A stretch of 32,000 nucleotides of DNA, taken from assembly GCF_009831105.1 (NCBI RefSeq), contig NZ_WUUQ01000001.1, forward strand, positions 120,001 through 152,000. The letters run 5' to 3'. The notes under the pieces are model-generated. The model searched no databases, was not told the DNA's origin, and worked only from the letters and a program-made list of their open reading frames with translations. Position 1 is the first letter of the stretch, and every line of letters starts with the position of its first letter. This DNA comes from Copranaerobaculum intestinale (lineage in GTDB: Bacteria; Bacillota_I; Bacilli_A; Erysipelotrichales; Erysipelotrichaceae). This document shows positions 18,313 to 26,284 of this stretch, piece by piece. Both the position numbers and the translations under genes were made by a program.

Positions 18313-18333
18313 ATCTATTGAAAGGAGATTTCT

Positions 18334-19182
18334 ATGAACAAATCCATCAATCAAACGATTTTGAAAGCGGTAAACGGGGACAGTACCGCCCTGGAGGAGA
18401 TCATCCGGGAAATCAAGGACCCAATTTACAATCTATCTTTAAGAATGCTGGGATTAACCGCTGATGCAGAAGATGCTTCACAGGATATTCTGATAAAGGT
18501 CATTACCAACTTATCAGCATTCCGTCAGGAGGCTGCCTTTCAAACTTGGGTCTATCGGATAGCCGTACGTTATCTGATCGACTACAAAAAATCAATGTTT
18601 GCCCAACATCCGCTGGATTTTGAGTATTATGCCAATGATATCCGTGCCGGATATCTGCCTGATGACAATGAACTGCTGTTTGGAGCAGACCGCCAGGCTC
18701 TGGCAAATGAACTCAAGCTGTCCTGTACGAATGTCATGCTTCAATGTCTTGATGCACAGAGCCGCTGTATTTACATACTTGGCACGATGTTTCATTTTGA
18801 CAGCCGCATCGCTGCCGAAATCTTGGATATGAGTCCTGAAAATTACCGTCAAAAGCTATCACGGGCACGTCATAAAATGGCTGATTTTCTACAAGCGAAC
18901 TGCGGTTTGGCAAAAGGCTCCTGCGATTGTTTTAAACGAGTGGGATACGCAATCAAGACCCATCGTCTCGATCCTGCCCGATTGGAATTCACTCATCTGA
19001 AAACACTGAACCATTCCCTGCTGGAAGAATATACAGAAGCGATGGAGGTTTTTGATGAACAAATGGATATCTTTGAAAACTTGCCGCATTATCAATCACC
19101 GATTGAAACAAAGCAATTTATACAAAAGCTTGTAAGCTCAGATGCGATGATGAAAATCCGCACCTATAAGGAAACCGTATGA
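18334..19182 (+). CDS. ECF-type sigma-70 family factor with a ~95-aa C-terminal extension
   Basis: 282-aa ORF. The sigma-2 region is DAEDASQDILIKVITNL...FQTWVYRIAVRYLIDYKK. The sigma-4 HTH is IAAEILDMSPENYRQKLSRARHKMADFL. It is followed by CGLAKGSCDCFKRVGY and ~80 more residues not typical of minimal ECFs. Confidence 0.8.
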   Translation: MNKSINQTILKAVNGDSTALEEIIREIKDPIYNLSLRMLGLTADAEDASQDILIKVITNLSAFRQEAAFQTWVYRIAVRYLIDYKKSMFAQHPLDFEYYANDIRAGYLPDDNELLFGADRQALANELKLSCTNVMLQCLDAQSRCIYILGTMFHFDSRIAAEILDMSPENYRQKLSRARHKMADFLQANCGLAKGSCDCFKRVGYAIKTHRLDPARLEFTHLKTLNHSLLEEYTEAMEVFDEQMDIFENLPHYQSPIETKQFIQKLVSSDAMMKIRTYKETV

Positions 19183-19868
19183 GCAATACAAGAACGATAC
19201 TGAACTACCTGCAGGAGCTCCAGGAAAACAACGATCGAGAATGGTATCATGCGCATAAAGAGGAACGTAAGGAAGCGGAAGCAGCGTTCGAAAGTTTTCT
19301 TGAGGACCTCATTGTTGAAATCAGCAAATTTGATGCTTCCATCCCGCTGCTTGATCCGCACACGCTGACCTTTAAAATGGTGCGCGATACCCGCTTCAGT
19401 CATGATGTATCGCCTTATCTGCCGGCTTTTCGTGCTCACATCGCAGCGAAGGGAAAACTGCCAATACCGGTAGGCTACTATATCGTAATAAAGCCTCATC
19501 AAGAAACGATGATCTGCGGTGGACTCTTCGCAGATATGTTTCAGGATGCAACGATGCGTATCCGCAATTATTTGAATGAACACGGAGCAGCCTTTGATGC
19601 GATCCTTTCTGATCCGCAATTCGCATCATATTTTCAGCTAAAGGGAACCAAACTGAAAAATGTACCGCGCGGATATGATAAAAATCACCCCTATGGCGAT
19701 TATCTGAAACATAAAAGCTGGTATATTGAATACGCTTTGTCAGATGATCTGGTAAAAAACGATATGAAATTTCTTCAGAAAAGCGCAGAGCTTTGCGAGA
19801 TCATAAAACCATTCAATGATTTTTTAAATACTGCTTTGGTTGGATTTGAAATGCCAAAACGGCAATAA
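19179..19868 (+). CDS. DUF2461 (TIGR02453) family protein
   Basis: 229-aa ORF. It has N-terminal LQELQENNDREWYHAHKEE and FKMVRDTRFSHDVSPY, both characteristic of the family as I recall it. The start overlaps the sigma stop (ATGA). Confidence 0.7.
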   Translation: MSNTRTILNYLQELQENNDREWYHAHKEERKEAEAAFESFLEDLIVEISKFDASIPLLDPHTLTFKMVRDTRFSHDVSPYLPAFRAHIAAKGKLPIPVGYYIVIKPHQETMICGGLFADMFQDATMRIRNYLNEHGAAFDAILSDPQFASYFQLKGTKLKNVPRGYDKNHPYGDYLKHKSWYIEYALSDDLVKNDMKFLQKSAELCEIIKPFNDFLNTALVGFEMPKRQ

Positions 19869-19871
19869 AAT

Positions 19872-19928
19872 AGCAGGAAGGTGAAGCATCCCCCATTTCA
19901 TGGTTCGGGCTTGCTTAAGCTTCCTGCT
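19872..19928. terminator. Long-hairpin terminator between DUF2461 (+) and the DegV operon (-)
   Basis: AGCAGGAAG ... CTTCCTGCT forms a 9-bp outer stem, and the 39-nt interior can pair imperfectly. It is followed by T7 on the plus strand. Confidence 0.6.
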
Positions 19929-19932
19929 TTTT

Positions 19933-20781
19933 TTATAATTTTTTGAAATACTGAATTGCCTGACAGCCGCGTCCGGTATGAATAGAAACCACCGAGACGA
20001 GAGGAATCAGGGAATGCTGGGCATTTGGAAACGCTGTCTTGAGTTTTTCCTGAAGCACTTTCGCTTCAGCTTCATCATCCGCATGGGCAACCGTGATCCA
20101 ATAGCTGTCATCTACACCCTCCTGCTTCATGATGTTGATAGCTTCATCCATGGCCCGATGCATCGTACGTACTTTTCCAACCACATCAATCTTACCGTTT
20201 GTTTCCTGATTAATTTTCAGAATCGGTTTAATTTTTAATAGACCGCCCAGTGCCGCGGCCAGCGGGGTCAGCCGTCCGCCGCGCTTCAGATGCTGAAGAT
20301 CGTTAGGAAGCAGCAGCGTATCGGTCGTTTTTACGACTGCCGCAAGTTTCTCCTTAATTGCTGAAAGGGCGATACCTGCCTCGTGCATCCGCTTGGCATT
20401 TTCAATTAGATATTCCTGTACCACCGCTGTCACATAACAGTCCAGATAATCAAATACGATCCCAACCTGTGCGGCGATCATCTCCATCGCAGATATCGTT
20501 CCGGATAAGCCATTACAGATCGGTACGGCAAAAATTTGTTCATATCCGTCTGCCTTCAACTGTTCAAACAATGCGGTAATTCTTCCTAGTGAAGGAAGAC
20601 TGGTAGTCAGCATTTTTTCCTGCCGGATCAAATCAAAGACTTCCGGCAGTGTTATATTTTCAAGATCGTTGCGGTTCACATTATCAAAGCTGATCTGTAA
20701 AGGAACCGAAAAGATCCCCTTCGCTGTCAGCGCTTCGATTGTTTTACCGGTACCGCTGTCTGTAACAAACGCTGTTTTCAT
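19933..20781 (-). CDS. DegV-family fatty-acid-binding protein (FakB-like), paralog 3
   Basis: 282-aa ORF. MKTAFVTDSGTG and LQHLKRGGRLTPLAAALGGLLKIKPILK are DegV hallmarks. A 28-aa block is identical to paralog 2. Confidence 0.9.
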   Translation of the reverse strand: MKTAFVTDSGTGKTIEALTAKGIFSVPLQISFDNVNRNDLENITLPEVFDLIRQEKMLTTSLPSLGRITALFEQLKADGYEQIFAVPICNGLSGTISAMEMIAAQVGIVFDYLDCYVTAVVQEYLIENAKRMHEAGIALSAIKEKLAAVVKTTDTLLLPNDLQHLKRGGRLTPLAAALGGLLKIKPILKINQETNGKIDVVGKVRTMHRAMDEAINIMKQEGVDDSYWITVAHADDEAEAKVLQEKLKTAFPNAQHSLIPLVSVVSIHTGRGCQAIQYFKKL

Positions 20782-20813
20782 GCATCCACCTCATTTTTCT
20801 GTTCAGTATTATC

Positions 20814-21680
20814 TCACAGATTATCTTCAAAATCCACCTTGCGAATATATTGTGCCCCCATACATCCGATTCCCGTATGAACAGAAATCACCGGTCCGAT
20901 GTGATCAAAAACAATTTCTGTCAAAGGGAAGGCCTCTTTCATCTGTTCATAGAACTTTCTGCCCTCTATTGACGCATCCGTATGCAGAATATACAGAATA
21001 TAGCGTTCATCCAGATCGGCTTCTTTAAAAGTATCAACTGTCATCTGCAAAGCCTTTGACATCGTCCGCACTTTTGCGAAAACATCAATCTTTCCTTCTG
21101 AGGACGCATTTAGCTTCAGAATCGGTTTAATTTTCAACAAACCGCCCAGTGCCGCAGCCAGCGGAGTAAGCCGTCCGCCGCGTTTTAAATGCTGAAGATC
21201 GTCAGGCACGATCAAGGTATCGCTGTGCGATATGCTCGCTTCCAGCCGAGCTTTGATATCTGTCCCGCACATTCCCTGATCAGCCAGCTTTTTGGCGCTC
21301 ACCGCCAAATATTGTTCGACAAAACAAGTCGTGAAGGTATTCACGGCATACAGCGGAAGCTCCATATATTTACACCGCGCCTGCAATGTAGACATCGTTG
21401 AAGACAGACCGGGGCAGATCGTGACCGCAACTGCTTCATCATAACCCTGTTTTTTGATATCCTGGACGACACTTTCCAGAATACCGATCGGAGGCTGAGA
21501 AGTGGATAAATCCGCTTCTTCATGCAAAAACTGATAGATCATGCGCTGATCCAGATCAACCCCGTCTAATAATGTTTCCGTACCATTCATCACCTGAAGC
21601 GGCAGATAGAAAATTCCCAGTTCTTTTGCCTGCTGTTCACTCAAACTGCTGCCGCTGTCTGTAATAATCGCTGTTTTCAT
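20814..21680 (-). CDS. DegV-family fatty-acid-binding protein (FakB-like), paralog 2
   Basis: 288-aa ORF with MKTAIITDSGSS and the same LQHLKRGGRLTPLAAALGGLLKIKPILK block. Confidence 0.9.
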   Translation of the reverse strand: MKTAIITDSGSSLSEQQAKELGIFYLPLQVMNGTETLLDGVDLDQRMIYQFLHEEADLSTSQPPIGILESVVQDIKKQGYDEAVAVTICPGLSSTMSTLQARCKYMELPLYAVNTFTTCFVEQYLAVSAKKLADQGMCGTDIKARLEASISHSDTLIVPDDLQHLKRGGRLTPLAAALGGLLKIKPILKLNASSEGKIDVFAKVRTMSKALQMTVDTFKEADLDERYILYILHTDASIEGRKFYEQMKEAFPLTEIVFDHIGPVISVHTGIGCMGAQYIRKVDFEDNL

Positions 21681-21697
21681 ACTATTTCCTCCTGATC

Positions 21698-22549
21698 CTA
21701 ACGGATCGTGCTCTGTATGGCAATGCAGCCAAGTCCTCCATGACAGGTGAGTACTGCCGGCAGTGCCAAAATTTCATATTCAATATTTCCCAATTTTGCC
21801 GCTGCCGCTTTCAGAAAACGATCCACTGTATCAGCCGCCAAAGCATGCGGTATATACAATTTATGGGTTTGGGCTGTAACTCCCTGTTCGAGAAAATGAT
21901 CAAGGACCATATCAAAAATTTTACTCTCAGTACGGGCCATGCCGAATTTATCTACTACGGAACCATCCGGCAAAAGAAACAGCAGCGGTTTAATTTTCAA
22001 TAAGCTCGCCATGTTTGCCGCTACCGGTGATATTCTGCCGCCCCGTTTCAGCTGTACCAGATCATGGGGATACAGAAAGGATATCGTATTGTTGAAGCAA
22101 TTGTCCAGCATATCTAAAATCGCATCAACATCAGCGCCTTCATCAGCCATTGCTTTTGCTTTCAGCGCCGCATCACGAATCGGAGCTGCGACAGTTTTAG
22201 AATCGACCAGATATACCTGATCCATACCCAACTGTTCTTTCACTAATGAAAAACCTTGATAGGTTCCGGACAATCCGGATGAAATCGTAATGATAATAAT
22301 CGCGTCGTCTTTCGCTTCCCGCCATTTCATCATCGCTTCTTCTACCAATCCGATATTGGGCTGTGAAGTCGTCGGAACTTCTCCCTGTCCTAACTTATTA
22401 TACAATGCCTCAGCATTCATATCTACTCCGTCTTTATATTCCTCGTCATGTAATACAACGGAAAGCGGTATTAAATCAATTCCGTATTCCTTTGCTTCCG
22501 CAAAAGTCAAAGTTGATGTCGTATCGGTTACAATTCTTATCTGACTCAT
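21698..22549 (-). CDS. DegV-family fatty-acid-binding protein (FakB-like), paralog 1
   Basis: The track gives a 403-aa ORF to 22909. The DegV domain begins at MSQIRIVTDTTSTL (ATG at 22549), preceded by AGGAGA. The upstream 120 codons overlap the divergent yigZ gene and have no DegV counterpart. Confidence 0.88.
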   Translation of the reverse strand: MSQIRIVTDTTSTLTFAEAKEYGIDLIPLSVVLHDEEYKDGVDMNAEALYNKLGQGEVPTTSQPNIGLVEEAMMKWREAKDDAIIIITISSGLSGTYQGFSLVKEQLGMDQVYLVDSKTVAAPIRDAALKAKAMADEGADVDAILDMLDNCFNNTISFLYPHDLVQLKRGGRISPVAANMASLLKIKPLLFLLPDGSVVDKFGMARTESKIFDMVLDHFLEQGVTAQTHKLYIPHALAADTVDRFLKAAAAKLGNIEYEILALPAVLTCHGGLGCIAIQSTIR

Positions 22550-22583
22550 ATGAATCTCCTTTATGACACGTTTGGTCGGGACT

Positions 22584-22615
22584 ATTATATCATTATCGCT
22601 TTGATTGTCAAACTT
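22584..22615 (-). promoter_or_regulatory. Near-consensus sigma-A promoter of the DegV operon, with a TTTGA-N3-TCAAA palindrome over the -35
   Basis: The minus strand reads AAGTTTGACAATCAAAGCGATAATGATATAAT. The -35 is TTGACA (22606-22611), followed by a 16-nt spacer, the TG of an extended -10, and the -10 TATAAT (22584-22589). The palindrome AGTTTGAC-A-ATCAAAG spans 22599-22615. Confidence 0.6.
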
Positions 22616-22620
22616 ATTCT

Positions 22621-22648
22621 TTGCAAGCATCTGAAAAACCGTTATAAT
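22621..22648 (+). promoter_or_regulatory. Candidate sigma-A promoter of yigZ (divergent from the DegV promoter)
   Basis: TTGCAA-N16-TATAAT. This would give a very short leader before the ATG at 22664. Confidence 0.45.
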
Positions 22649-22663
22649 AAAGCTGGTGATCGT

Positions 22664-23281
22664 ATGCGAATCAAAGAGGATGTCTGGAATCAAACGGAAA
22701 TAAAAAAATCTAAGTTTATCTGTTACCTGCACCGTTGTTTCAGTGAAGCTGATGCAAAGGATTTTCTGTTGGAAATCAAGCGTGCTCATCCGGATGCCAG
22801 CCATCACTGCTACGCGATGATTATCAAAGATCAGCTCACGCGATCCAACGATGACGGTGAACCGCATGGGACGGCCGGGCTGCCGATGCTGGAAACACTG
22901 AAGGGACATCAGCTTCAGGACATCGTGGCCGTTACGGTACGCTATTTCGGCGGTACATTGTTAGGCACCGGCGGATTAATCCGTGCGTATAGCGGAAGTG
23001 TCAGTGAAGCAATTCAGCATGCGGTGCTGACCGAAACCCGCACTATGAACCGTTATCAGCTCACCTTTTCATATGATCTTATCGGTAAGCTGGATTATTT
23101 TTTTGCCAGCCATGAGATTGAAGTGATCGATAAACAATATGAAGAACAGGTCTATTATCAATATCAAAGTGATCAATCATGGGAAAATGAATTCAGTGAA
23201 ATAACCAGCGGACGCTGCCTGCCCCATTTTTTGGAAACCGTCACCGTAGAAACGATATACAAAAAAAATGGCTCAGACTGA
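22664..23281 (+). CDS. yigZ: YigZ/IMPACT-family protein (UPF0029)
   Basis: The track ORF begins at 22550, but family-like sequence begins at MRIKEDVWNQTEIKKSKFICYLHRC (ATG at 22664). Motifs HHCYAM, DDGEPHGTAG.PML and VVRYFGGTLLGTGGLIRAY are classic for YigZ/YvyE. About 205 aa fits the family length. Confidence 0.85.
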   Translation: MRIKEDVWNQTEIKKSKFICYLHRCFSEADAKDFLLEIKRAHPDASHHCYAMIIKDQLTRSNDDGEPHGTAGLPMLETLKGHQLQDIVAVTVRYFGGTLLGTGGLIRAYSGSVSEAIQHAVLTETRTMNRYQLTFSYDLIGKLDYFFASHEIEVIDKQYEEQVYYQYQSDQSWENEFSEITSGRCLPHFLETVTVETIYKKNGSD

Positions 23282-23289
23282 GCCATTTT
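23265..23289. terminator. Perfect 25-nt palindrome acting as a bidirectional terminator and containing both convergent stop codons
   Basis: AAAATGGCTCAG-A-CTGAGCCATTTT has 12-bp arms. The yigZ stop is at 23279-23281 and the minus-strand gene stop at 23273-23275. A-run and T-run lie on both sides. Confidence 0.75.
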
Positions 23290-24121
23290 CTATTTCTTTC
23301 GATAATTTCCAAAGTTCCGCATACGAAACAAAGGCTATTGCATCACATTTCTCTTTTGCGACCTGCCGCTGTTTCTTTACATTTCCCTCATGAATCGTAT
23401 TCAATGTATTTTTATCCATCATATACTGCACATAAGAAAATTTCTTCAAAAGAAACCAAGTCGCAATCATTTGATTGATCGCATGTTCCTTATTTTCTGC
23501 ATCCTTTAGCAGTTCGCTCAAATGCTCCATCTGATCGCTTCCGATCTTTGCGGCTGTTTCGTACATTTCTTCATAGCTGTTAAATACCGTACGATCCAGT
23601 GAACGCTGTACGATTCCGGCTTTTTCTTTTTTCATAAAGAAGCGCTGAACCGTTTTACGCACCAGCTCCCGGTTATCCTGATTCATATTCATTGAAATAA
23701 TTTCATTACGAGTGCCCTCAAATTCATTCTCCGGTTCACTGATGACATAATATAATGCTTTTGCAAGAATATAAGCCTCTCTATCTCCGGTTTTCAAAAT
23801 CAGTCCCCGCTGCATATCATCACTCTTGCCATAGATCAGGTAAGGACATTTGATCTCACCATGCGGTAATTTAAAGGAATCCTTATAGCGAATAATTTGA
23901 TTGGCAATCGCCTCTTTATTGATATTCAGCTCTAGATCGACACAGATACGAAGACTGTCATCTTCTTCATAGATCTCCTGCAGAACTGATAGAAGATCTT
24001 GATTGCGTTCATCCTCTTCCAGCATTCCCAGATAATCTTCCAGATAGCCATTGAAGGAACATACCCCTGTTTCACTTTCTCTTTGATCTTTCAATTCTTT
24101 TAGGATATCATAAATCGCCAT
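23273..24121 (-). CDS. Hypothetical acidic cytoplasmic protein (282 aa), no family recognised
   Basis: The track ORF starts at 24157. I prefer the ATG at 24121 (MAIYDILKELKDQ...), which lies 7 nt after GGAGGG. There are no TM segments or catalytic motifs I can name. Confidence 0.6.
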   Translation of the reverse strand: MAIYDILKELKDQRESETGVCSFNGYLEDYLGMLEEDERNQDLLSVLQEIYEEDDSLRICVDLELNINKEAIANQIIRYKDSFKLPHGEIKCPYLIYGKSDDMQRGLILKTGDREAYILAKALYYVISEPENEFEGTRNEIISMNMNQDNRELVRKTVQRFFMKKEKAGIVQRSLDRTVFNSYEEMYETAAKIGSDQMEHLSELLKDAENKEHAINQMIATWFLLKKFSYVQYMMDKNTLNTIHEGNVKKQRQVAKEKCDAIAFVSYAELWKLSKEIENGSV

Positions 24122-24429
24122 ACAATATCCCTCCTTTCCCTGACTGGCATCATCCATTCAGCAGTACATACTTTGCTAATATTGTATTGTGCTATGTTAA
24201 AAAGTATTCATTACCCCATGTTCTAGTCTTATTTTACCTTTAAAGAATGCGAACTTCAATAGTATTTCCGATATTTTGTAAGCGCTAACGAATAAAAATG
24301 CAGGTTTTTCTTAATTTTTCGACAAAATTCATGAAATGTTACATTCTTTTGCTTATTTGAAAGAATCAAACAAAAACAACAGGTATGCAATCTATAAAGA
24401 ACGACAGTGAACAATGTGATATCTTTTTA

Positions 24430-24458
24430 TTTACACATACTTTATCCAGAGGTAAAAT
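24430..24458 (+). promoter_or_regulatory. Candidate sigma-A promoter of the AsnC-aminotransferase operon
   Basis: TTTACA-N17-TAAAAT, 28 nt before the ATG at 24486. Confidence 0.4.
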
Positions 24459-24485
24459 ATACATACTTATAGAAAAGGTGATGAA

Positions 24486-24974
24486 ATGGAAGAACAAGTT
24501 ATCTTATCGCTGCTTGAAAAAAATGCGCGTATGTCAACCAGAGATCTCGCAGATATCCTGCTGGCTGATGAAGAGAGTGTCATTCATACAATGGATGAAT
24601 TGGAAAAAAACAAAATTATCTGCGGCTATCATACCGTTATTAATTGGGATAAAGCAAATCAGGAACGGGTGATGGCCATGATCGAAGTCGGGGTCACTCC
24701 GGAACGGGAATTTGGTTATGACCGCGTTGCCAGCAATATCTACCGCTTTCCAGAGGTCGATACCATGTATCTGATGAGCGGCAAGAGTGAGTTTATCGTA
24801 ATTATCTACGGTAAGACCATGCAGGAGATCAGCAATTTTGTCGGAGCAAAGCTCGCATGCATTGAGCATGTGAAATCAACCGTAACGCTGTTTGTACTGA
24901 AGCAGTACAAAATGAACGGCGTAGTTTTTGATGAAGAAAGCAAGCCGGATGAACGGCTGATTATGACGCCATGA
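24486..24974 (+). CDS. Lrp/AsnC-family transcriptional regulator
   Basis: 162-aa ORF. The N-terminal HTH is LLEKNARMSTRDLADIL, and the C-terminus has an RAM/AsnC_trans_reg-like fold (AMIEVGVTPE...). ATGA overlap with the next gene. Confidence 0.85.
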   Translation: MEEQVILSLLEKNARMSTRDLADILLADEESVIHTMDELEKNKIICGYHTVINWDKANQERVMAMIEVGVTPEREFGYDRVASNIYRFPEVDTMYLMSGKSEFIVIIYGKTMQEISNFVGAKLACIEHVKSTVTLFVLKQYKMNGVVFDEESKPDERLIMTP

Positions 24975-26149
24975 ATCACAAAGAATATTTAAGCAGACAT
25001 GTGCAGGAAATCAAGCCAAGCGGTATCCGTAAGTTTTTCGATCTCGCTAATGAGATGGAGGGCGTTATCTCCCTTGGTGTCGGTGAACCGGATTTTGATA
25101 CACCATGGCATATACGCGAAGCTGCGATTTATTCAATCGAGAGCGGGAAAACCTTTTATACAGCAAATCAGGGACTTTTGGAGCTGCGCAAAGAAATCTG
25201 CCGTTACCAGAAGCGGCGTTTCCATTTAGACTATGATCCGATCAAAAATGTTGTGGTTACCTGCGGCGGCAGTGAGGCGATTGATATTGCCCTGCGGGCA
25301 GTCGTTGATCCAGGCGATGAAGTGATCCTGTTACAGCCATGCTACGTCGCATATGAGCCGGGAGTTCAGCTGGCTGGCGCTATTCCCAAATTCATCGAAC
25401 TGAAAGAAGAAAATCATTTTAAACTGACAGCAGCTGAGCTGGAAGCGGCAATCACCGATAAGACCAAAGCTATGCTGATTAACTTTCCAAGCAATCCAAC
25501 CGGCGGCATGATGAATTACGATGACTATAAAGAATTGGTTCCGATCATCAAGAAACACAATCTGATCGTCATCAGTGATGAAATCTATGCAGAGCTGTCC
25601 TATGACGATGCCTTCTGCTCACCGGCTAATTTCCCTGAGATCAAGGATCAGGTCATCGTTATCAGCGGCTTCTCAAAAGCTTTTGCGATGACCGGCTGGC
25701 GGCTTGGCTATTTGTGTGCTCATGAAGTGTTTGCTATGGCGATGAACAAGATACACCAATATATCATCATGTCAGCACCTTCCGCTGCCCAATATGGAGC
25801 AATTGAAGGATTGCGGCACGGTGATCAGCATGTCGCGGAAATGAAAGAAGCTTACCGACAACGCCGTAATTATATCGTAAAGGGATTCAATCGCATCGGT
25901 TTACCGACGCATATGCCGGAGGGTGCCTTTTATATATTTCCATGTATCAAGCCAACCGGATTAACATCTGATGAATTCTGCGAGGAGCTGCTGAAGGAAC
26001 AAAAAGTTGCCTGCGTTCCAGGTACTGCTTTCGGACAAGCAGGAGAAGGATATATTCGAGTATCCTATGCTTACAGTATTGAGGAAATACGAGCCGCCTT
26101 AGCACGTATTGAAATTTTCATGAAAAAATATCAAAAAGAAAAAGCATGA
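24971..26149 (+). CDS. Class I/II PLP-dependent aminotransferase (aspartate/aromatic type)
   Basis: 392-aa ORF. It has LGVGEPDFDTP, NPTGG and the PLP-lysine motif SGFSKAFAMTGWRLGY. Confidence 0.88.
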   Translation: MNHKEYLSRHVQEIKPSGIRKFFDLANEMEGVISLGVGEPDFDTPWHIREAAIYSIESGKTFYTANQGLLELRKEICRYQKRRFHLDYDPIKNVVVTCGGSEAIDIALRAVVDPGDEVILLQPCYVAYEPGVQLAGAIPKFIELKEENHFKLTAAELEAAITDKTKAMLINFPSNPTGGMMNYDDYKELVPIIKKHNLIVISDEIYAELSYDDAFCSPANFPEIKDQVIVISGFSKAFAMTGWRLGYLCAHEVFAMAMNKIHQYIIMSAPSAAQYGAIEGLRHGDQHVAEMKEAYRQRRNYIVKGFNRIGLPTHMPEGAFYIFPCIKPTGLTSDEFCEELLKEQKVACVPGTAFGQAGEGYIRVSYAYSIEEIRAALARIEIFMKKYQKEKA

Positions 26150-26236
26150 ATGATGATAAGATCACTTTCAAGTGGGCAGCGGGAATGAACTTGCTGAATA
26201 CTATAAAAGTGATCTTATTAAAAACCATGCTTTTTT
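26139..26236. terminator. ~98-nt nested hairpin (three concentric stems) between the aminotransferase (+) and helicase (-) genes: a complex bidirectional terminator or a structured RNA
   Basis: The outer stem is AAAAAGCATG (26139-26148) / CATGCTTTTT (26226-26235). The middle stem is ATAAGATCACTT (26156-26167) / AAGTGATCTTAT (26207-26218), 12 bp and perfect. The inner stem is CAAGT/ACTTG. A T-run follows on the plus strand. Confidence 0.55.
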
Positions 26237-26284
26237 ATATCATTTTAAATCTTAAAAAGCTTCCATACAGAATATACTGCAAGC

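Noticed and set aside
22550-22663. The track starts the YigZ ORF at 22550 (MNLLYDTFGRDYY...).
   Set aside because: These 38 codons lie over the DegV promoter and operator, have no YigZ counterpart and have no RBS. Family-like sequence and length fit the ATG at 22664.
21698-22909. A 403-aa ORF in the track suggests a DegV protein with a 120-aa N-terminal extension.
   Set aside because: The DegV domain starts at MSQIRIVTD (ATG at 22549) with its own AGGAGA RBS and a consensus promoter at 22584-22611. The extension overlaps the divergent yigZ gene and promoter and looks like chance openness.
24385-24672. A 95-aa plus-strand ORF overlapping the start of the AsnC-family gene.
   Set aside because: It is in a different frame from a clearly homologous Lrp/AsnC CDS, has no RBS, and its start lies upstream of the predicted promoter -10.
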